From: Bugula neritina
Taxonomy: Eukaryota; Animalia; Bryozoa
NCBI GenBank assembly: GCA_964035545.1
Contig: CAXIUT010000096.1
Coordinates: 1-28,495, forward strand
Direction of reading: 5' to 3'
Length of the DNA stretch: 28,495 bases
In this document: piece by piece, positions 20,530-28,495 of the stretch
Numbering within the stretch: position 1 is the first letter of the stretch
How the letters are laid out: each line of letters begins with the position of its first letter
Program-made: the position numbers and the translations under genes
Notes under the pieces: model-generated
Database searches by the model: none
What the model was told of the DNA's origin: nothing
Seen by the model: only the letters and a program-made list of their open reading frames with translations

Positions 20530-22441
20530 ATGATTGTCGAAGATCAGCAGAATGTTTTTTCAGCTAGCTGGTTAACCCAGAAACATAATCTCAACCCTTC
20601 CGAACAATAAAATTCAAGTCCTCATCGTTCTCCAAATGAAGAGTAGATATCTTTTAATAAAGACCTATCCGTATCAATGCTGATAACTAATCTAAAAGCG
20701 TCATATGTTTATATATGATCACTATCGTTTTACCCCTAATCATCCTTATGATAACTGCAGTCCGTGCCTGTAAGTCTTAACTGATTCAGTACCTCATGCT
20801 ACCATCTATCTAGAACAGAAAGATAGTTTAACTGGAACAAACCTTGATCTCTGTTCAGAAAAAGTTTACAGATCTAACAATACAAAATAATTGGAGTGTT
20901 TTAGTGCCTTTACTCCTAATAATACGAATTCTATCGGAATGTTTGTTCAAAATCTTAAAAATCTAAATCAATTTCTACTTTTTAGACTAAGTCTGGAACG
21001 ATATGCTATCTCTCTAGACAATTCTGAAGCAACTTTTAACTAAGAAGTAATATTTACTTTTTGGTTGGCAAAAGTTGACCCTTCTACCAATAAAATCTAA
21101 ATAACTGAACTAATTCAAACTTAAACTATTAAAATAAACTAAAATATTGAATATTTAAAGACTCATAACATTTTTATCGAGGCCTAGACTAAAATTACAT
21201 CTGAAGATAAGTTTTATTGGGAAATTAGCTTTAGTAATAACTCTGCAATTACTTCTCAAGGAGAATTTGACCTGATTGTATTTCTATTTATAGGTAGACA
21301 TAAACAGTAAAAGAAGAATTCACCATATTTACTATCCTTCTTCGGCTAGCCTTCTTCATTGCTGCCTTAGCTATCTTCATTAAGTACACTATTAACATAT
21401 TCAAAATTCCAAAACAAAAAGTATCTATCTAACAAAAGTTTGTGCATATATTTTCTGCTACGACTCTCCTATTTAATGATCAATTCTACTTCATCACTAT
21501 CCTTTGGCCTAATTCATTCACGTACTTCCTTATAACTCAGAACATTTCTTAACGCTGTTTTCATTTGTAACTACTTTTTTTCTCTTTTTGTTCTCTGGTC
21601 TATTATTCTAGTCAGAATCATTGATCCCAAGTCTGATACTGACACCTAATCAATAAAAAAGTGCCACAGAATTATTCCCTTCGCCTTTTTCTACCTTTGC
21701 ACTCTTGCTTTCTGCACTGCCTTTGCCCTTTTACAACTCGATTAGCACCCTACCATCTCTCCACATAATATTGACAATAAAGCTTTAGACTTTTTTCTTG
21801 CCATGACCACTTTGGGTATTGTTTTAGGTTTATTCTATATCTTATACCTCTATATCTCTGTCTGTTTAAAAAAGGATCTGGCATATAGAAATCATGTATT
21901 TCTTAACCTTTCTATCTTCTTCATCATCAGTTTTACTATAGTTATCATTCTAGGTAGTCTAGATTTATTCCTTTACTCTTCAGGATTGATAATGTTTACC
22001 TTTTCAGTCGCTAACCTCTACTCATACCTTCTCCAATACCTCTATTCACCAACTTAATAACAAATAACCAGCTTTTACTCTGATCAATAAATACTTCCTA
22101 AAACTCTTTAGTCCAACTAACTGGAGAGCATTGACATTGATCTAGCCTCTATAGATCATCAGCCTAAAGATGAATAGAGTTCTAACTCTCATCATCATAA
22201 GGGAAGTGTGAGGAAATCATTGCGGCAAAGAAAAAAGAAATAAATATCTCACAAATACTACTATTAAGGATAAAAGTAACAGCAAGATAATACTAAAAAA
22301 AAACTGTCTCAAACGGTATAGTTTTTCTAGTAAGATCCCAAATACATTGTAAAATAGAAAGACCTTGAAAATCTTAGTGAGTAAAAACCTCAATAGCTTC
22401 ACTAATAGGTTTAATTTGATATTTAGGAATCCTAAAAGTGA
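20530..22441 (+). CDS. TMEM181: TMEM181/Wntless-like multipass membrane protein, 610 aa
   Basis: EFTIFTILLRLAFF, SIEQKFV, LLFNDQFYF, LFVLW and NLYSYLLQYLYSPT resemble TMEM181 motifs (IEQKW, LYNDPFF, VYSPS). Four introns of 20, 20, 20 and 19 nt. Confidence 0.82.
20643..20662 (+). other. 20-nt intron GTAGATATCTTTTAATAAAG
   Basis: Links the ATG 20530 frame to the first TM helix. Confidence 0.75.
20770..20789 (+). other. 20-nt intron GTAAGTCTTAACTGATTCAG
   Basis: Canonical GTAAGT donor; restores the frame. Confidence 0.9.
21278..21297 (+). other. 20-nt intron GTATTTCTATTTATAGGTAG
   Basis: Only the distal AG (20 nt), not the proximal AG (16 nt), restores the TMEM181 frame. Confidence 0.85.
21522..21540 (+). 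other. 19-nt intron GTACTTCCTTATAACTCAG
   Basis: Restores the TM-helix frame. Confidence 0.85.
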
Positions 22442-22503
22442 TATCAATGTGATTTAATCAATAGCTTAACATCATGATGTATCATATATCAAGTTTAAAT
22501 ATT

Positions 22504-24469
22504 ATGCAATCCTTGACAGGAAGTATTTTGATTGACTTCGAAAAGCTACCAGGTTCAGAGGAAGAAAGGGACTACACCAAGAAGGTCTATGGAGCTATCA
22601 AGTTACAGTTGTCCGAGATGTAAAAGTATAAAAAAGTATCTCACTTTAACCATTGCAAAAAATGCAACATGGTTCTTACTGCAGAAGTGCTTCTCCTTAA
22701 CTCAGGATAGAGCATCCGTTTATGACTATGAATAAATAACATCGAACCGACCCTACTTCAAAGAAGTCCTCGAGCTAATCAACTAAAATACAGAAAAACT
22801 TGTCTGGATCTGCTCTTTTTGCTAAACCAAAAATATCTTAGAAGCAAATGAAACAAAGTTCGCAGAGAATGACTCTCGAGTAATCCACCAGTCAGCAGTG
22901 CAAGGAGGACAAAAAAAAGATCCAGTCCTTCTGATTGTATTTGATATTAGTGGATCAATGGAAGAAAGTTTAGGAAATGAACAAACTTCTTTCAGTAGTT
23001 TAGTGGACAGAATAAAAAAGACTAAGATATATCAAAAGATAGTCTGCTAAGAATAAAAATAAATACAAACTTTGATCGAAAAGAACAACATCAAAGTTGA
23101 ACAAGATCATAAATATAAAGATCACTTAAAAAAGAATAAACTGCTAATGGGACTAACAGAGTCTCTCCTAAACGAACTAAATCAAAGTTCAACTTAAAAA
23201 ATGTAAAGGCCAGGAGGTTTCCCTAAAGATAAAGATAAAAAAAACAAAACCACTAAAAATATTGGTTTTGTCTTCTTCAACAGTAATGTCATTATCTAGC
23301 CTTGTAATTCCCAATCGAAAACAGGAAAAGTGGTTATATGTGATACTCAAGGTACTTTTTCAAGCAAAGCTTAAGGAATGTCAAGAGAAAGAGTCAACTT
23401 TGATGATTTTGAATGTTTATACAAGTTAGGAGCCAACTATGGACAGTAGTTTAACACAAAAATAAACTAGTTCCAGTTCAGCAACTTAGATTATAACTTC
23501 GGAGACTGCAATAGTGCACAGACAGCACTAGGTCCAGCAGTTGCTATCGCTACTGGAATAATCAGTTAACATGGAGCAGGTAGTAGTATTATAGTAGTAA
23601 CTGATGGAATAGGAAATAGAGGCATATTCGATCAAAGTGAACGTTGGGAACATCCTCTTAAATTATTAAGAATGAGGCTATAAAAATATAAATGTTTTTT
23701 AACAATGCTATAGTGTAGAAATATTCATGAAGCTATAAGAGAAAATACTAAGACTCCTTTAGATGAGTTTTGTGCCAATCATGACGGCCTTATAGCTAGA
23801 AAAATAAATATAATTCTGAACAAAAATAAAACAGCAGAACAAATGGTATAATAGATAAAAAGAAAAATGGCTATTTCCATCAACAGATAAAACATTCTCT
23901 GGACTAATCAAGTATTCATCAAATCTCAAAACTCCAATATCACTTACGATTAAGACATGAATAAACTCACTAAAAAACTACACAATCAACAAAGTGTCAA
24001 TTACATACACCCGAAAATCAATTACTAACAACTCAAATAAAGAGACTATATGCACTACTTTATGACTCAAGCAGTTATTAGATACTAAAATACTCATACA
24101 GGAGAACAGTCAACCTTCATGACCTACATTCTTCAAAAATTTCTTAAATTCGATACCCTCAAAAAAAATACTCTAAAAAAACTTGACTCAGAAAAACACT
24201 TCCAAGAAATGTTGGAGTATCTATAAGCAGAAGAAGAGAACTATGACTTAAGCAACTTACCTCTGTAATTTGTCAAGAAGACTTTCAGAGATACTTTAAA
24301 GATGTCTAAGTCTATTTGTAACAAATCAATGAGGTATTCAGATAAAGATAAATACTAGAACAAAGAAGAGCAAGCTAATTTCTTTTTAGAATTAAACAAA
24401 AAGGTGTAAGAAGTTGATAGAAAAGATGTAATCTAGGAATAAAACGAAGAAGAATAAAGCAAACTCTGA
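22504..24469 (+). CDS. Sec23/Sec24-type zinc finger plus von Willebrand A domain protein, 648 aa
   Basis: HCKKC...WICSFCETKN zinc finger; MIDAS FDISGSM, TALGPAV and IIVVTDGIGNRG; 19-nt intron at 22687-22705; ends ...ESKL. Confidence 0.85.
22687..22705 (+). other. 19-nt intron GTGCTTCTCCTTAACTCAG
   Basis: Joins the two CxxC halves of the zinc finger in one frame. Confidence 0.8.
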
Positions 24470-24558
24470 TAAACAGATGCTTATCCTTGTCAATTATATC
24501 TTATTTATTATCATTTAAAAGGAATTTTAATAATGTCAACTTTCCTTATATTAATAAA

Positions 24559-25022
24559 ATGAACCAAAATAATAAAAAGAGGGAGGACAAGATGAATGAA
24601 AGAACGAAAATAGATAGAAATAATAACTATGATAACCAGTATACCTACCACTACTTCAAAGATCATGAAGGAAGAATTCAAAGAATTAGAAGAGTACCTT
24701 ATACTCCTAGACCAGGGTTCATACGTATTAAGTTTCTATAGAAATATTATATCAAGTTCATCAGAAGTAGCTATGACTCGAAACTGACTTGGATTCCCTG
24801 GGTGATTGGGTACTTATATAGAAAATTAGACTAGCAACTGCCTACTTTATTTATCAGGTAACAATGTAATACAGTCAAAACTAACTGAACAGAGATATCA
24901 AGGCCCGATTACCCTTTGAATTTAAAAATGAACAGGTTAAATAAGTCTACAGACTTCTGAAGGAACATCAAAAAGAGCAAAAAAAACTAATACAAACTAT
25001 CTAAACAACAGACCTGCTCTGA
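24559..25022 (+). CDS. Small single-pass membrane protein, ~147 aa
   Basis: TM segment WIPWVIGLATAYFIYQV forms after removing the 20-nt intron at 24810-24829; alternative ATG at 24592. Confidence 0.72.
24810..24829 (+). other. 20-nt intron GTACTTATATAGAAAATTAG
   Basis: GT..AG; removal creates a continuous TM helix and extends the ORF. Confidence 0.8.
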
Positions 25023-25203
25023 AATAATGATCTAAAACTAAAATTAGTGTTTAATTACATTATTAAATGATTTTTTTAGAAAGTGTTTGATGAATAATAG
25101 TGTTTAGGAATATTATTCATGATTCGTAGTTTTAGATTGGTTGATTTGAATCAATAGTGACTTAAATTTGTTTGAAGTAAGTGCTAATTGATAATAGTTA
25201 AAT

Positions 25204-27545
25204 ATGTATGGGCGTAATAACATCTTTTCTACAAACAACAGTTCTTTCTCAGGCTCTTCCTTCCTCAGTGGAAACAACAGAGACAACTTCAGAGATAACA
25301 GAGATAATAGAGATATTAGAGATAATAGAGATATTAGAGATAATAGAGATAACTTTAGAGATGGTCATCGAAATGAAGCACGTATTGGTAGTCAACGTTT
25401 AGATTATAGATATGAATAACCTCACCATTATTTAACATCATTGATAACTCAATGGAAAGATCAACCTCCTTCATCGATTATAACCAGATAAGAAACTCTC
25501 CATCTGAGTACCACATAACTCAGAATAGAAGATTACTATCTGATTCGTAGACGTAATTTTAAACAAAGCATTGAAGATAAACTGAGAGATGCTATTAGAA
25601 GTGATTCATTTAATGACTAGATAATAAAGCATGATTTTTAAAGACCACCTCCAGTCAGTAGTGAAAGAGCTTTTGATTTAGATGCAATAAGAAGTGGAAG
25701 AAACAGTAGTAACAACTATAGAAACAACTAAAGAGACAACATATTTTCTGGTGGATCCAGTAGTAGTAATAATGTATTTAATAGAAATTCAGGGTCTTCT
25801 GGAAGTAACAACATATTTAGCGGAGGAAATGATAGAAATGATAGAAATGATAGAAATAGCTTCAGTAATGATAGAAATTACTACAATAATGACAGAAACA
25901 ATAGTTCAAATAATATTTTTTCAAAAGATAACAGAGGAAATAGTAGTAGTAATATATTTAGCGGAGGTAACAATGGTAATAGTGGTAGTAGTGGAAATAT
26001 ATTTAGTAGAAATAGTAGTAATAATAATAGTGGGGGTATATTCAGTAGTGGAGGCAGTGGAGGAAATAATATATTTAGTGGGGGAAATAATGGAAATAGA
26101 AGTGGTAGTAATAATATTTTTAGTAATAATAATAATAACCGTTCTGGAGGTAACAATATCTTCAGCAATAACAATAGTTCTGGAGGTAATAATATTTTTA
26201 GTAACAATAACAGTGGTTCTGGAGGTAATAACATTTTCAGTAATAACAACAAAGGTGGTCTTTTTTCTAATTCTAATAGCAACAACTACAATCCAGCCAT
26301 AAACTACGAGCTGATGCAAAATATGCGCATGATGTTCTAGTAACAAAACTCTATAATGAGAGCTATCTCAAAGCAACTTCAAAATTAATAAAAACAAGAA
26401 CTATAACCAACTCCATCTCCATTCGATATCCTCAAATAAGATAAATATCTACCAGATCCATAAAATTTTATACCCAAAAAATAACATCCAGAACAACAAG
26501 TTATCATCATCAAACCAGATTGGATAGACTAATACCAACAAATTAGTAACTCCAGAACCCTCTCCAACTACACTAAACTAGACAACACCAGAATGATACA
26601 CAACGACAACAGTAGAATGATAAACAATGACAACAGTAGAATGATACACAACAGCAGTAGAATGATACACAACGACAACAGTAGAATGGATAGCTATGGA
26701 AGCAGGATAGGAAACAATAATAATAGCAAGTGGTTTAATCAAATGTCATAAGGGAATAATAATAGCAGGATAATGGGTAGTTCTTCTATTTCAAATAACA
26801 ACTACAAATCTAGGAAAATCAATAACTCCTTATTGCCAGAATATTAAGGAAATTGCACTTTAAATATATTCCTTTCAGTTCAATGGCTAGATGATATTCA
26901 CCACGAAATGTCTAAAATCACCATAAAAGATACCATTTAAATGCCTACCCTTAAACCTTCTTCCAAATAATGGCTTGCACTTTTAGTCAAATCAATCAAA
27001 CTCAAATTTCCTTAAGTCAGAGCAAATGCTTAAATCCTCATCAACTCCATCGATAAACTCTAAGAAGAAGTCGAAGTCTATTAAATTAAAGGATAGCTCT
27101 CACAAAAAATTGTCAACCTTCCAGATCATTATCGAGTCAGCTTCACTAAAATTATAGATGACTCTCTCAGAAACCTCATTATCAGTATATTAGCTTCTAT
27201 TCAGGTAATCTCCATGGATAAATTGCTTGGGAAAATCCCATCTAAGCTCGACATCTTGATTTAACTAGCATTGATGACCTTGATCCCCTTGGAATCGACG
27301 AAAACACCATCAACTGCTAATCTTAATAACTAAACTCACCATGTAGAGTCACTTTTTTCAGCTTGCCTGAGCAGATTTCCAAGATTTTCGACTCTGACTC
27401 CAAAGGAGCAGAAACAACTTTTGCAGACTTTGTGAAGAGTAGTTCTATGGGAGCTTTTAATTTCAAAAGTATGTGGAAAAAAGGCAAAAGAAGCGGCTGG
27501 TAAATGCATGTTGAATATTTCCCACAGATATAAATATAGAAATGA
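25204..27545 (+). CDS. NUP98: Nup98-family nucleoporin with NIFS repeats (micronuclear-type), 773 aa
   Basis: GLEBS-like SIITREETLHLSTTELRIEDY; 11 NIFS repeats in N/S/G-rich spacers; C-terminal APD-like domain (NLIISNLHGEIAWENPI..LDL, LNSPCRVTF, WEMHVEYFP); 20-nt intron at 27185-27204. Confidence 0.85.
26581..26690 (+). repeat. ~24-bp coding repeat (DNSRMIHN) x~4.5 within Nup98
   Basis: gacaacagtagaatgatacacaac units with small variants. Confidence 0.85.
27185..27204 (+). other. 20-nt intron GTATATTAGCTTCTATTCAG
   Basis: Removal puts the APD motifs in frame. Confidence 0.88.
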
Positions 27546-27587
27546 TGTTTAAACTCTTAGTTATGATATTAATTTATCAACTATCTA

Positions 27588-28259
27588 TCATAAGAAATCA
27601 TTTTGGAAGAGCTAATTTTGAGGTTGTTCTACATTGATTTCTTCTTCTTCCTCTTCCGAAGACTCTTCATCTTAATCTTAAGACTCCTCTTAAATTTAAT
27701 GCTTGCCTAAAAACCACTCTTTTCCTGATATTTTTTCCTCTACCTCTTTTTTACCTCTTTCCTTTTAAATCCTGTGCTTAGCATCAAACTCTTTTTTCCA
27801 GGCCAAAAAATTTTAAATAGTAACAGGAGTAAAGGCAGCAAATTTAGGTCTTTCAAAGACTTCTTCTTTTTTAGCAGTGTAAACCTCTTCTGATTGAAAA
27901 GATTTGCCTTAAACTAAGTACTCATGAATCCAATTTCTAGTTTCTTCAACAATATCAAATACTACAGGTTTTTTTTGACTATTATTTAAGATTTCTTCTA
28001 TTTTATGGTTGATGTGGTTGATGTTATCACGAGTGATACCTGTAATAGGTTCAATTTCAAACTTCAAAGCAGTAGAAGGGTACGAAGTAGAATATTCGAA
28101 CATAAGGTTGATTTGATACTCAGTGCTGTTGCCTTTGTAAGGTTTACAAAGCACATTGAACTTGTAAGGGGCAGTCTATTTGACTACTTGAAACTAATCC
28201 AGATAAATATTTAAAAGAGCAGTGAACTCATCTCTCTGCTCTCGCAAACATTACTACAT
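27588..28259 (-). CDS. RWDD1: RWD domain-containing protein 1 (Gir2/DFRP2-like), 223 aa
   Basis: EQRDEFTALLNIY, YP motif, VVFDIVE, TPVTIENFLAWKKEFD, SGKEWF and an acidic tail. Confidence 0.92.
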
Positions 28260-28429
28260 ACAACAATTATATCAATATCAATTATCTACATTCATCTATT
28301 CTCGAAGACATACTACTAATCATTTGAGTCATGTTGTTAGTCACTTCTTCATCTATTCAAATAATTTTTCATAATTGAATAAAAATTATGAACTAATTAT
28401 CTCCTATTACTTATAATTATTCATGGCCT

Positions 28430-28495
28430 GGGGTTGGGGTTGGGGTTGGGGGGTTGGGGTTGGGGTTGGGGTTGGGGTTGGGGGTTGGGGTTGGG
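28430..28495 (-). repeat. Right telomere, (TTGGGG)n on the + strand
   Basis: 66 nt of G4T2 with two irregular G-runs; ends in TTGGG. Confidence 0.97.

Noticed and set aside
20492-20533. Short uORF / ATGCTAAATTT motif, also seen upstream of the YIPF6-like gene
   Set aside because: Two occurrences in very AT-rich DNA are not enough to support a regulatory call.
308-28214. Supplied six-frame ORF track
   Set aside because: Computed with TAA/TAG as stops. Entries are fragments of real genes or off-frame/antisense shadows, e.g. 18103-18714 over the MORN gene, 25694-26346 over Nup98 and 6776-7014 antisense to the 24-bp repeat.
1-28495. tRNA, rRNA, IES or transposon sequences
   Set aside because: None recognised by eye. 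Intergenic gaps are short and AT-rich; tRNAscan-SE and Infernal were not run.

Overview
Telomere-to-telomere, AT-rich ciliate macronuclear chromosome or contig, with C4A2 repeats at the left end and G4T2 at the right. The supplied ORF track uses the wrong genetic code. TAA and TAG sit in frame at invariant glutamate positions (GH20 catalytic HLGGD*, IP*ID, GG*xxxWG*; GLEBS *LRIEDY; RWDD1 TPVTI*NF; TMEM181 I*QK), so UAA/UAG = Glu and UGA is the only stop. This is the peritrich-type code (NCBI table 30). Read by hand under that code, the window holds 13 densely packed genes: YIP1/YIPF6-like, a 1191-aa hypothetical protein, a ~2630-aa myristoylated pseudokinase with PEVK-like repeats, a small coiled-coil protein, two tandem GH20 hexosaminidases (one catalytically degenerate), a MORN protein, a coiled-coil protein, TMEM181-like, a Sec23/24-type zinc finger plus vWA protein, a small single-TM protein, an FG-less NIFS-repeat Nup98, and RWDD1. 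Thirteen inferred introns are all 19-20 nt, and 12 of 13 have A at position -6. Three C-strand telomere tracts, two of them internal, are each exactly 75 nt, suggesting alternative fragmentation and possibly fixed-length telomeres. Three single-base frameshifts are most likely sequencing errors. All calls come from manual translation and motif recognition; no database searches were run.
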